Positions 26,210 through 40,572 of a stretch of DNA of 64,000 nucleotides are shown piece by piece. Numbering within the stretch: the first letter of the stretch is position 1; each line of letters starts with the position of its first letter. This stretch comes from Chrysomallon squamiferum (lineage: Eukaryota > Animalia > Mollusca). The stretch lies in contig CM022678.1 in the NCBI GenBank assembly GCA_012295275.1, forward strand, positions 8,246,001 to 8,310,000, read 5' to 3'. The notes below the pieces were generated by a model, which was not told the origin of the DNA, made no database searches, and saw only the letters and a program-made list of their open reading frames with translations. Made by a program: the position numbers and the translations under genes.

Positions 26210-26436
26210 TTAACATCGGTTATAGGACAAATCGATTAACGTCAGTGTATAGTATAATAAGGTCAGAGATAAATCCTCTCTACGTGGAAGACTACGTGGT
26301 CGGAGACAACTCCATCACGAGATACTTCAGACAGGCGCTTGCTACTGACGCGCTAACTCTCGTCTAGAAAGAAAAACTTGCTTTATTTATCGACATAGTC
26401 ATCCAACTGTTGTATAACGTCATTCAAAAGTTTGAA
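26210..26436. repeat. GC-richer ~225 bp element, second copy at 54073-54307
   Basis: ggagacaactccatcacgagatacttcagacaggcgcttgctactga identical in both copies. Confidence 0.8.
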
Positions 26437-26879
26437 AGCCAAAGATACAGGCACCTACATACACACATGTACATTAACGGCAAACACTCCACAGGAATTA
26501 TGGACAAGAAATTAGTAGAATTTTTGTCACAGAAATGGTAGCAGCAGTTATAATATTTGTACTGTTGGTAGAAGCTGTTGAAATACAGTGGTTTTAGTAG
26601 ATGTCACTACAGTCGTACTGTTAGAACAGTTATAAAATGTTACATAAAATTAAACAATAAAAATACAGAACAAAATATTCATGGTTTGCTTCTTCGTTTT
26701 ATTTCAGAACATTTAATAATCTTTTTTATACTGTTAATATGAAATTAATTTTACAAAATAATCCTGAACACACATATATTAATCTGAGATTCGAGAAATT
26801 GAAAGTAAAAAGGATTTACTGTCAACTCTCTTCAAGAGTCGTCATAAAAATAATTAACCATCAATCATCTACTTAATAT

Positions 26880-27020
26880 TTAACTATTAAAAGCTTTGTC
26901 TCCTTTGTGGGCTATCATATGACGTTTTACATGTCCATGTCGTGAGAAAAATGTTCCACAAATTTCACATTTAAATGATTTCTCACCACTATACTTATTC
27001 GTATGACATTTTAAATGTGT
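26880..27020 (-). pseudogene. Decayed ZF relic (shorter equivalent at ~17190-17240)
   Basis: EKSFKCEICGTFFSRHGHVKRHMIAHKGDK-like translation, no start or acceptor. Confidence 0.65.
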
Positions 27021-28606
27021 TTATTTATCTATAGCAGATTCGTGTGTTTAAACTGTAATGAGTGTGTTCTCACTATGGTAGTAAATGCTAATAAAGTGTC
27101 GTTAATGCTTGAGTGTTGTATAACGTTTCTTTCCTAACTTTAATAAAGAAAGTTTGCCACTGTGACAATATATATATAAACTGAAAGGCCAATCCACAAG
27201 AATGATAATGGTACCACGTTGAAATTTTTAATATCTCCAATCAGTGACGGCATATGTAAAAGTAGAGAAAACTTGACTGTTATAGAACAATTTTTGTCTT
27301 CTTTGAAGACTGTAAAATACTTCAATTTAGATACAAGATATTTTTCATGTTTTCATCATTTAATTAGTGAGACATTACAGGGTATTACTGAAGACTCCCG
27401 GAATAAAAAATAGTAAAATGTCAAGTTTATATTCAGATCGAAATTACTCCTGTTTATTTTGAAGACAGCCTGAACTTTTACTGGTATCCGGAACTCTTAA
27501 AACTGATCCTACATGGCTTTATTATGTTTGTATCTGTGATCATCTGTGTTTGTCTTTATATAATTTTATCTATCTGTATACATTTGTATTCCATGGGAAA
27601 TCTTCCTAAATTCAGTTTGCACATAGGTGAAATCGCCATTTATTGTCAGTTGAACGAAATGCTGCTTAACAGTATCATTTAAACACCTATATATTAGTGT
27701 CATTGATTTTTACCATGTATTTGGAAATTAGCATGAAAGGATGCATTTGAATTTATTTCCGTATTTCGCTGTTTTCTATATTTGTAAAATGAAGAAGACC
27801 TAGGTTCTCACAATGAACATGTAGTGTACATGATTATTGTAAGTTACTAAAACAGTCATTTGAAACAAAATACAGCACCAGTATTAGTATTTGAGCGGAT
27901 GGTTACAGTAAATACACATATACATAATTACAAATACCAAAATAGTACAAATACAAAAAAAGAGACCATAATATGAACCCATACAGAGAGAAAAACATAG
28001 ACAAAGACAAACATTGTTTCTTAAATTAAGATAATCTGTTATAATAATAACAAGGAATTGATGAAAGTTGGCATGAAGTCTAATATCCACTTCCCTGATG
28101 TTGTAGTAATAGCAGTGGTAGTACTAGTAGAAAAAGCAGTAATAATACAGTAAAGGCAGTAATAATAATACTGCTAGTAGTAGGAGTAGTTAGTAGGACT
28201 TTCTATTTCAGATTTGTTATCAGTCAAACTAATCAAAAGTCGTTTTCTTCATTACCTTTTCTTAAAAGTTGTTTATTACAAAATGGTATTATATTTTATG
28301 GTTACTATTTGACAACAAATCACTTTTATTTTCAGTTATCATTAGTCATTTCTAAAACGTTTCTAATAAAATCCAGACATCGTGTGATATTTTAGATACC
28401 ACCTTGCAGGAAATATTTCGCACGAACTCAACATTCAAAACATTTCTCACCCCTGTGTATTTTTATGTGACATTTTGGAACATCTCCTCGTGAGAAACAT
28501 CTTGCTCAAACTTCACATTTGAAAGACATCTCACCAGTTTGGATCTTTATCTGATTCCAACTCCGTGAATAAAACATTTTGCACAAGCTTCACATTTAAA
28601 AGGTTT

Positions 28607-29578
28607 CTATCTATCATGTATTTTCACATGATATTTAATGCTCGAACTGTGTGAGAAACATTTTGCACAAACTTCACATTTGAAGGGCTTCGCTCCAGTA
28701 TGGATCTTCATATGACTTTTTAAATCCGAGCTGCGTGAGAAATGTTTTGCACAAACTTCACATTTAAAAGGCTTCTCTCCAGTATGGATTATCATATGAC
28801 CTTTTAAACTCGAACGCTGATTGAAAATTTTTGCACAAACCTCACATTTAAAAGGTTTCTCTCCAGAGTGCAGCATCCTATGTCGTTTTATATTTTCCTG
28901 TAACGTGAAACATTTTCCACAAATCTCACATTTGAAAGGTTTCTTTCCAATATGGACATTCATGTGATTTTTTAGATTAGATCTGCATGAGAAAGGTTTT
29001 GCACAAACCTCACATTTGAAAGGCTTCTCTCCATGAAAGACATTCATATGACATCTTAAACTCGAGCTCCCTGAGAAATTTTTTGCACAAACTTCACATT
29101 TAAAAGGATTCTCTCCGGTATGGGTTATCATATGGTCTTTCACACTTACTCTTTGTGAGAAACATTTTCCACAGACTTCACATTTAAAAGATTTCTCATT
29201 AGTGTGGTGCTTCATGTGACTTTTTAGACTCGAACTATGTGAGTAACTTTTTACACAAATTTCACATTTAAAAGGTTTCTGTCCAGTATGGATTCTCATA
29301 TGATTTTCCACACTGAGCCTGTGTGAGAAACATTTTGCACAAATTTCACATTTAAAAGATTTCTCATTAGTGTGGTGCTTCATGTGACTTTTTAGACTCG
29401 AACTATGTGAGAAACATTTTGCACAAATTTCACATTTAAAAGGTTTCTGTCCAGTATGGATTCTCATATGATTGTCCACACTGAGCCTGTGTGAGAAACA
29501 TTTTGCACAAATTTCACATTTAAAAGGTTTTTCACCGGAATGGATGCTGTATAATCCTTGATTACTGTGAATTGCCAT
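28607..29578 (-). CDS. C2H2 zinc-finger protein, 11 fingers
   Basis: 323-aa ORF; fingers 1-2 duplicated as 3-4; acceptor at 29894. Confidence 0.92.
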   Translation of the reverse strand: MAIHSNQGLYSIHSGEKPFKCEICAKCFSHRLSVDNHMRIHTGQKPFKCEICAKCFSHSSSLKSHMKHHTNEKSFKCEICAKCFSHRLSVENHMRIHTGQKPFKCEICVKSYSHSSSLKSHMKHHTNEKSFKCEVCGKCFSQRVSVKDHMITHTGENPFKCEVCAKNFSGSSSLRCHMNVFHGEKPFKCEVCAKPFSCRSNLKNHMNVHIGKKPFKCEICGKCFTLQENIKRHRMLHSGEKPFKCEVCAKIFNQRSSLKGHMIIHTGEKPFKCEVCAKHFSRSSDLKSHMKIHTGAKPFKCEVCAKCFSHSSSIKYHVKIHDR

Positions 29579-30334
29579 GTTAATTTTTAAATTTCTTATT
29601 TCTAGAAAATTAATTCTATACAGACATCACATTTTCTCTCTGTTGTGAACTTTATTTCATTAGGTTACCACGACTACTATAATTATATCTTAGTAGAAGA
29701 TTCACAAATCAGATGTATTTTGAATGTAATGCAACGTCATATAAAACAGAGAGTGAATTAACAGTGCTAAATTGCTAAAGAGGATATTTCTTATACCAAC
29801 AATTTGTAATTTGACGGAATTATTTTTCTCACTTCACGTTTTATTCCCTTTCGTCAAGGTCTTGAATTCGGGTTCTTACTTTCTGATTTATTTCTGAAAA
29901 TGTAAAGTAGAAATAAGAAACTAAGTGAATGCAATATTTAAAGTGACATATTTTATTCAAGTATATAATTTTAAACAATAGATTCTATGTTATTACAATT
30001 TCATTTTATTCTAAGACCGTACTTTTTGAAAATCCTATGTTTACTTCCAATAAGAAAATCTGTCATGTGCTTCGATTTGATTCTACATAATTGATGCAGT
30101 AATATTTTCAGCTAAGACAATTGTGAAAGTATTCTATCACTGACAGATTATTACTTTTTATTATTATTTACTTTATTTTTAACAATGTTAATGTAAAACA
30201 CCTTATTATCATTCTTTTTTTTTTTTTAATTTCTCTACCGTACTATTAAAAGAAATGATTTACAAGACCAACTACGATCGTTTCAATTACACTGGGAAAC
30301 CTGGAAGTTAAAACTTAATGTATCTCAGAAAAAG

Positions 30335-30596
30335 CTTATGGATTCTCATATGGATGTTTGACGTGTAGTCGTTTTGCACAAACTTTACATCTAAAAGGTT
30401 TTTTACCAATATGGATGCTGAATAATTCTTCGTTACTATGAGTAGCCATGTTAATTCTTAGAAAATTCATTCGATACAGACTTCACATTTAAACCTTTTC
30501 TCTCTGCTATAAATTCCTATTTTTTGTTATTTGATGGAATTATTTTTCTGACTTCACATTTTATACCGGTTTGTGATTGTTACTTTTTATTTATTT
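30335..30596 (-). pseudogene. One-finger ZF stub cassette (unit C)
   Basis: [32 protein letters not shown]...; ATG at 30449; acceptor at 30597. Confidence 0.78.
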
Positions 30597-32060
30597 CTGA
30601 AAATGGTAAAGTAACTAGTAAAAGCAGTACAGGAGATACAATATTTTAACTCGTGTATTTTATTCAAGTAGGTAATTTTATTTAATTATAAAAATGATAC
30701 GTTTTTACACTCTACATTTTCAAAATCATGTTTTCTTTCCATTTTGGAGTAAGAGAAGAAGAAAATTTGTCATTTTATCATTTTCATTATACATAAATGA
30801 TGTAGTATCGGTTTTCCGTACGAAAATGGTGGCGGTTTTCGATCAGTAACACATGTATTTATGGAAAACGTTAACGTACTTTAAGTTATCTATGTGCTTT
30901 TGGCTTATGCATCATTAAATAACAAAATGAAAAAACAGAAAACACAGAGAAAAACTGGGTGATTGATAACATCAGCTAGATTGTTTTGGAATACATTGGG
31001 AAACGTGAAAGTCAAATACTTCGAATTGATTTAATTAGATCTGAATCCTTCGTAAATGCCAAGAAAGATTCAATGAAGTTCTAGAGTTTTCTGTACATTC
31101 AGGCTTGAATGAAAACATTATAAAACCTATATTACTGTACGGAGGATGTGAAATTATAGGATTTTAGTAAGTTAATATATCTCGAAAAACAAAACTTGCA
31201 GTTACATAAAAAGGCATAAACTGTTTTTATAATAATACCTCCCCCCCAAAAAAATATGACTTCCTGAAAGGTTTGTTTCAGTTGTTTCCTCAATGCATTT
31301 ATCAAAAATACTGTAGAAGTAATGTTTATTAAATGTATCAGTTAATGTCCATGCTTTAATGGAAATAGAATTTTAAGGAACATTATTCAGGTGGTGGACA
31401 TTCTCAATATTGCTGATTGTACGTAATTATAGAAATGCATGTCATAATACAGAGTACATTATTACTGAATGTACAATGTACTGAAGATATACACGTTTAT
31501 CTATCTACTAAGCAAAAAAATCTAACAGCAGTTAGTACTTTTAGTGTTAGTAGTTGTTAGTAATTTTAATATAGTAGTATTAATAGTGATGGTAGTATTT
31601 GTAGTGTTAGTAGTACTTAGTATTAGTTGCTAGCAGTATTTGATGCCATAGTAATAAAACTGGTCTCAGCATTAATAAACTGTTAGTTAAAATTAAAGAA
31701 TTAAATACATTAAAATGAGTTTTCATTTCATTTTCTCTTTTATTTGATAAATTATCACTTCTGTATTAAGGTTTTTTCTGACATACCAGTTGACTAAGTC
31801 AGTTAATGTCAACTAACAATTTTATTTATAAGAAGCTGTAGCAGTTTACTAAGATAAATATATTCAAATCTAAGCAAGTACAAAGTTTCACTTACGAAAC
31901 CTGTAGCATTAATTATTTTCAGTCTCAAGATTTAATATATTTTACTGCCCCTAATTAGGACTTACAAGAAATGTCTTTCTCTATAGACTGCAATGCGATC
32001 AGTATTGAGAACACATAAACGAATTCCAATTTAAACAGTATTTTCTGTAGTGATACAAAA

Positions 32061-35000
32061 CATATTAATTTTTATTTAACCCACAAGACTGATTCTCTCA
32101 ATGGCAAGTTTATACAAAAGTGTATTTTTTTCTTCCATAAAATAAATGTCGAAAGGTTATTGTATTTGGTCCAAGTGTATAATAGTGTGGTATATATTTA
32201 CTTCTCTCAAAAGAGAAAAATGTACACTCAAAAATATAGTGGAACTCATCACCAATATCAGAATTACATAAAAGCTATATTATGTCTTCCCTTTCAATTT
32301 TAAACAATCTACCAGATACCACAGGAAGTTTGACATTACTGGTTCTATATTTACATAATGGTCCATTGGCAGCTGTAACTGATAATATTCCAATTTAAAT
32401 TGACCTTTAAGCATTCTGTTATAAATTCCTTTTGATGACTCAAGTTTGTGTTTATTCCATTTTTGTAAGAACTGACCACAAAATTCTTTTACTGCATTTT
32501 ATAATCAAAAGACATCCACTTGCACATTTATATATATGTTACCTAAACCACATTCATCCAGTATAGCTTATATACAAGATAACCAAGAAGTTAATATATT
32601 ATTTACATTAATAATAACATCGAAAGCACACTAAATAGTTTAAGCTCTTTAGAGTTAACAAAATATATATAGTTCCATATAAAGCGTTTCAACTATATCT
32701 AAATTAATAAAACCCCAGATTTAACATCCATCTTATTATTTAGCTTTTACAAACTTGTAAAATAAATGTAAGTGACAGTCAAGTAATCAACTGAATTCTC
32801 TACATTTTTTAATATAGCAAACACTGCTTTTGAACATGATCTGATTAAATCTGTTTTAATATTTGCAGATCCAGATTTACTTAAAATAAGCCAGATGTAT
32901 TTAACCTTGTTAACAATTTCTACTTCCATATTATTAGATATAAATCTAAATGTATTTGTTTTCAGATTGCCTCTTGGAAACAATCCTAATTTTTTAGTTG
33001 AACTACTCACTGCACAACTGCTCACCAGTAAAGTGACAACTTTACAACAGTAGTGATAATCTCTTAACACTAAAATAGGATATGCTAAAATCAATACATT
33101 TTTTTCTTAGTTTTCCTTTATCTTAGAAATATAAACTGTTATAAACATTAATTTTTGTTTAACCCAGAAGATTGATTCTCTTGAGGACAATTTATTGAAA
33201 AGTGTACTTTTTTCTTCATTAAAATAAATGTTGAAATGTTATTGCATTTGGTCTAAATGAATAATAATACATTTGCTTGTGTCAAAAGAGAAAAATGTAC
33301 ATAAAAAATATAGTAGAACTCATCACCAATAACAGAATTATATAAAAGCTATATTCTCTCTTCCCTTTCAATACTGAACCATCTACCAGATACCATAGGA
33401 AGTTTGATATTGCTGGTTCTATATTTACATAATGCTCTAGCATTTTGTACTGGAAGCTGTAAAGATAATGTTCCACTTTAAATTTACTATTAAGTAGTGT
33501 ATACTAATTATTTTTGATGACTCAAATTTATGTCTATTCCATTGTTGTACAAACTGACTAGACTATTTTCATAAAAGCATGATATAATAACTTTCACATA
33601 TATATATATATGTTACATAAACCACTTTCATCCATTATAGCTTTTATACAAGATAACCAAGAACTTGATATATTATTTACATTAATAACAACATTGAAAA
33701 CACCCCAAACATTTTAAACTCTTTGCAGTTAACTTAATAGATATAGTTCCATATAAAGCCTTTCAACTATATCTAAATTAATAAAACCCCAGATTTCAGT
33801 TCGACCTAAAATGTTATTTTTTACAAACTTGTAAAAGAAATTTAAGTGACAGTCAAGTAATCAACTGAATTCTCTACATTTTTTAATATACCACACTGCT
33901 TTTCAACATCAGCTGATTAAATCTGTTTTAATATTTGCAGATCCAGATTTACTTAAAATAAGGAAGAGGTATTTAACCTCGGTAACAATTTCTACTTTCT
34001 TATCATTCGATATAAATCTAAATGTATGTTTTTAGATTACCACTGGGAAACAATCTTAATTTTTAAGTAGAACTACTCACTGCACAACTGCTCACCAGTA
34101 AAGTGATAAACTTTACAACAGTAGTGATAATCTCTTAACAATAAAATAGGATATGCTAAAATCAGTACAACATATTTTCTTTGTTTTGCTTTATCTTAGA
34201 AATATAAACTGTTGTGAAAACATGATATTAAAAAATATCTAAATATGCTATAATTGGTTCCTGTATTCCAAAAAGAGTTTTCCCCCCAAATGTTGCATCT
34301 ATGTATATTTACATTTACAGAGACAGAGAAGATCATATTATAAAGTTACATATGTAATTGATTTATTTTACATATGGATATAACTTCAGCTCAGTTCTGT
34401 CAGAACATTCCAAAATTTATAGTTTGTGTCATAGTCACTGTACAGAATTTAAATAAAGGAAGTGATCAAACAGCTGACATGTCAGTTATTTAGATGGTGG
34501 GTTGGAAAACTGAAAGGTTCTCTCATTATCTCGTTTTCACTGGTAAGTTTATATAAAAGTGTATTGCTTTTTGTTTCATAAGATATATTTTGAAACGTTA
34601 TTGTATAATAATCTGGTAGATAAAAATGTACAGTCAAAAATATAGTGGAACTCATCAGCAATATCAGAATTACATAAATGAAATATTGTCTTCCCTTTCA
34701 GTATTAAACCATCTACCAGATACCATAGGAAGTTTGATATTACTTGTTCTATATTTACCCTTTCAGTATTAAACCATCTACCAGATACCATAGGAAGTTT
34801 GATATTACTTGTTCTATATTTACCCTTTCAGTATTAAACCATCTACCAAATACCATAGGAAGTTTGATATTACTTGTTCTATATTTACCCTTTCAGTATT
34901 AAACCATCTACCAGATACCACAGGAAGTTTGATATTACTTGTTCTATATTTACCCTTTCAGTATTAAACCATCTACCAGATACCACAGGAAGTTTGATAT

Positions 35001-36730
35001 TACTTGTTCTATATTTACCCTTTCAGTATTAAACCATCTACCAGATACCACAGGAAGTTTGATATTACTTGTTCTATATTTACCCTTTCAGTATTAAACC
35101 ATCTACCAGATACCACAGGAAGTTTGATATTACTTGTTCTATATTTACCCTTTCAGTATTAAACCATCTACCAGATACCAGAGGAAGTTTGATATTACTT
35201 GTTCTATATTTACCCTTTCAGTATTAAACCATCTACCAGATACCACAGGAAGTTTGATATTACTTGTTCTATATTTACCCTTTCAGTATTAAACCATCTA
35301 CCAGATCCCATAGGAAGTTTGATATTACTTGTTCTATATTTACCCTTTCAGTATTAAACCATCTACCAGATACCACAGGAAGTTTGATATTACTTGTTCT
35401 ATATTTACCCTTTCAGTATTAAACCATCTACCAGATACCACAGGAAGTTTGATATTACTTGTTCTATATTTACCCTTTCAGTATTAAACCATCTACCAGA
35501 TACCACAGGAAGTTTGATATTACTTGTTCTATATTTACCCTTTCAGTATTAAACCATCTACCAGATACCAGAGGAAGTTTGATATTACTTGTTCTATATT
35601 TACCCTTTCAGTATTAAACCATCTACCAGATACCACAGGAAGTTTGATATTACTTGTTCTATATTTACCCTTTCAGTATTAAACCATCTACCAGATCCCA
35701 TAGGAAGTTTGATATTACTTGTTCTATATTTACCCTTTCAGTATTAAACCATCTACCAGATCCCATAGGAAGTTTTATATTACTTGTTCTATATTTACCC
35801 TTTCAGTATTAAACCATCTACCAGATACCACAGGAATTTGATATTACTTGTTCTATATTTACCCTTTCAGTATTAAACCATCTACCAGATACCACAGGAA
35901 GTTTGATATTACTTGTTCTATATTTACCCTTTCAGTATTAAACCATCTACCAGATACGATAGGAAGTTTGATATTACTTGTTCTATATTTACCCTTTCAG
36001 TATTAAACCATCTACCAGATACCATAGGAAGTTTGATATTACTTGTTCTATATTTACATAATGCTCTAGCATTTTGGACTGGCAGCTGTAAAGATAATGT
36101 TCTATTTTAAATTCACCTTTTCATGACTCGAGTTTATCTCTATTCCATTTTTGTAAGAACTGACTGAAAACTTCTTGTAACAGAATGTTATAACCATAAG
36201 ACATTCACTTGCTAATTTAGATATGTTACATAAACCACATTCATCCAGTATAGCTTATATACAAGATAACCAACAATTTGATACATTATTTACATTAATG
36301 ACAACATCAAAAGCACACCAAACAATTTAAACTATTTGCAGTTAATATAATATATATATATTTGCTTATAAAGCCTGTCAGTTATATCTAAATTAATAAA
36401 ACCCCAGATTTCACATCAATATAACTATTTAGCTTTTACAAACTTGTAAAACAAATGTAAGTGACAGTCAAGTAATAAATTTAACCTCGGTAACAATTTC
36501 TACTTCCATATTATTAGATATAAATCTAAATGTATTTGTTTTTAGATTGCCTCTGGGAAACAATCTTAATTTTTAAATAGAACTACTCACTTCAGAACTG
36601 GTCACCAGTAAGTTGATAAACTTTACAACAGTAGTGATAATCTCTTAACAATAAAATAGGATCTGCTAAAATCAATACAACATTTTTTCTTTCTTTTGCT
36701 TTATCTTACAAATATAAACTGTTCTAAAAA
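32061..36730 (-). mobile_element. Three copies of the RTE-X-like LINE 3' fragment (32061-33140, 33146-34215, 34545-36725)
   Basis: ORF 32747-33094 (FRFISNNMEVEIVNKVKY..ILSKSGS..SKAVFAILK, RT domain 7 and thumb); ORF 34576-34791 (LCNSDIADEFHYIFDC). Confidence 0.78.
34693..36056. repeat. 65-bp minisatellite, 21 copies, inside the LINE relic
   Basis: Unit ccctttcagtattaaaccatctaccagatacca(c/t)aggaagtttgatattacttgttctatattta; starts at 34693, 34758, 34823 ... 35992; no spacers. Confidence 0.97.
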
Positions 36731-38460
36731 CAAGATATTAAAAGTTTTTTAAATATACTATAACTGGTTCCTGTATTGCAAAACAACTTTTTGCCCCAAA
36801 TGTTGCATAGTTAGTGGCATAGTCACTATACAGAATTTAAATAAAGGAAGTGATCAAACAGCTGACATGTCAGTTATTTAGATGGTGGGTTGTAAAACTG
36901 ATAGGTTCTCTCATTATCTCGTTTTCACTGATAATTAACTGAAATCCTGTACATGTTAAGTTAAAACTGTTACTACCTTAATTGGTTTATGTTGTTTATC
37001 ATGAGTATAAAAATACTAATAACATAACCAAAAAGATTTCACTTTGAAACCTAGATTAATTTTCTTAATTATATCATTCTGATTATGTTCCTTCATTTAA
37101 TGTTATATTTGCTATAGCGGTAATTCCTCCAGCTTGACTAGAAGGAAATGTAGAAAATACAAGAACTGAGGCAAGCAATCGTATCTGTACTATTACCAAG
37201 CAGATGTTTGAGACTATTATTTGCATCCATCACTAACAAAGAATTGACAGTATTGACTGATCAAATTGAATTAGTATTGTTGTTTTAGAGAAGGATCCTA
37301 TATAAAATATGTTCTCTATTAATTTAGTAAAAGGAAATAAGAAAAATATGTACCATGCTTTAACAATTTGGAAGGAGCATTTGATTCAGGTATGAAACTT
37401 GTAAATACATTCAGTAAGGCAAATTCTTGTGTAAGACTTTATCATGTTAATGTCCATCAAGTTATTTGCATTGTTAGTTATTTGCTGAAATTATAACTCA
37501 AGCTAAATACCTTGAACTTGTCTGAAGTAAATCTGGATCCTTTGTAAATACCAATAAATATTTAATCAGCTGAACTTCAAAGTCATTTTTTCCTGCATTG
37601 AGAAAAGAAAATGGTAGAGAATTTAATGTTTGAACTGAGAAGATTGTAAAACATATATTAGTGTATAGATGTCATATTTTTTAAACACTATATATCAAGT
37701 TTATCTGTGTTAAAAGAATATTATGTGATAATTGTTAAATTACCGTACGTTAAATAAAAACAATAGTTACAAATTTTCAGTAGAGTAGTTTATGCAGTCG
37801 ACATTTATCCGTGAGAAAATATTTCTATTAATTAAGTAATAATAAAAAGAATTACTGCTATCATTAAAAGACGTTACTAGAAAAAACGACTACAGGTACA
37901 CAACGTAAATAAAGAACACCACATTACTATTTAACATAAAACGAATTATCTTGATGTTTTGCGAAAAATTCTTACTCCATTTTACAGCAGATGTCTTCTA
38001 GATTACCGTATTTTGTGTTTATTTATTTCTTTCCTTCCATTCATTTCCAAAATTTAAGTTAAACACGTTAGGTGTCTCGTCTTAATAGCAATTCCGTGGT
38101 TTATCTCCCCCTTCCTCAACTTTGTACTCTATTAGATTTCCTTCAAAATAAAGCGCGCACTCTAATATCACAAAGAACTATTATTTCATTACACGGCTTT
38201 AACCAGACACACTTCATCGGAACGGCAACAAAAACGAACCAGACGGATATTTCTGTCTGCGTTAAGTTACTTTTATATAGTTTTTATTATTATTATTTAT
38301 GTTCATATGCGGATATTTTAATTTTATTAACGTTGTTATAAAAATTAAAAAACAAATATATGTGTTTGTGTGTGTGTGTGTGTGTGAAATAACCTTTCAT
38401 GGGACGTAACTCCCAGTCTCGTTCTTCAGATAATAACAACAACAACAACAACAAAATTCT

Positions 38461-38816
38461 AAAACTTCTATTTATGGCAGTGACTTCTTGGAATTTAATT
38501 TTTACGACAATTCTTCTTTACTATAATAATTGCATGAAGTACTTTAGAATGAGACGTGTATAAATGTTTATTTTCGTGAACAAGTAAAGAAGAATGTTTA
38601 CGATAGTTAATTATCACGTGAGACGTGGTCCTGACTGGAGAGAACGTTGTCCACAGAGCTGCCGCAGTTGTCCAAAGATCGTACAGAACTGTATGAAACA
38701 AGCTGTCTCCACGTGCGAGCTTTCAAACAACAAGCTATAACAATGCATGAAATCGCCTTTAAAAATTGTATTTATGGCAGTGAATTGTTGGAATTTAATT
38801 TTTGTGGCAATTCTTC
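38461..38816. repeat. Two 56-bp direct repeats 300 bp apart around a GC-richer core
   Basis: tatttatggcagtga(c/a)tt(c/g)ttggaatttaattttt...caattcttc at 38461-38516 and 38761-38816. Confidence 0.8.
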
Positions 38817-39509
38817 AAGAGATTAAAATTCGAAGTCAGTTTCTGAAATTGATTACAATCGTAACAATTATAGCACGGTGTTTAAATCAGTTTTAGAAGT
38901 ATTCTTTCCATTATTTGATGTTTTCAACTACCCAGTTTCCAAGTTAATATTGTTAATTACTACTACTGCTACTTTTCTTCTTCTTCTTCTTGTTCTTCTT
39001 CTTACTATTATTACTATTATTATTATTAGTAGTAGTAGTAGAAAAATGTTTTTATCACACAAATGGTAGCAGTTTTAATATTTATACTGTTGGTAGCAGA
39101 TATCGAAGTAGTTGTATTATTTGCAGTGGTTTTAGTAGATGTCACTACAGTCGTACTCTTAGAGCAGTTATAAAATGTTACACAAAATTTAATAATCTTT
39201 TGGATACTGTTAATATCAAAACTAATATTTTTTCCAAACTAATCTTGACTACAAAAATATTAATCACAGAATCATGCGATTGAAAATAAAAAGCATTTAC
39301 TGTCAACTCTCTTCTAGAGTCGTCATAAAATAATTAACCATCAGTCACCTACTTAATATTGCTAGTGGTAGTAGTAACACAACAGTGATGCTGGATATCA
39401 GTAATAAAATGCTGCTGAAAATTAAAGAATATGAATACTGATGCGATTTCTTTCTCTTTTATTGAACAAAATTATCACGTTAACTTTGTATCATCATAAA
39501 TCCAACTGT

Positions 39510-40572
<1,063 letters not shown>

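Larger units (their letters stand above)
24707..37155. repeat. Segmental tandem duplication unit C (~12.4 kb)
   Basis: Collinear with A and B; longer because of a third LINE copy and the minisatellite. Confidence 0.85.

Noticed and set aside
34693-36056. CRISPR array
   Set aside because: Head-to-tail 65-bp units with no unique spacers, no cas genes, eukaryotic context, and the unit derives from LINE ORF2.
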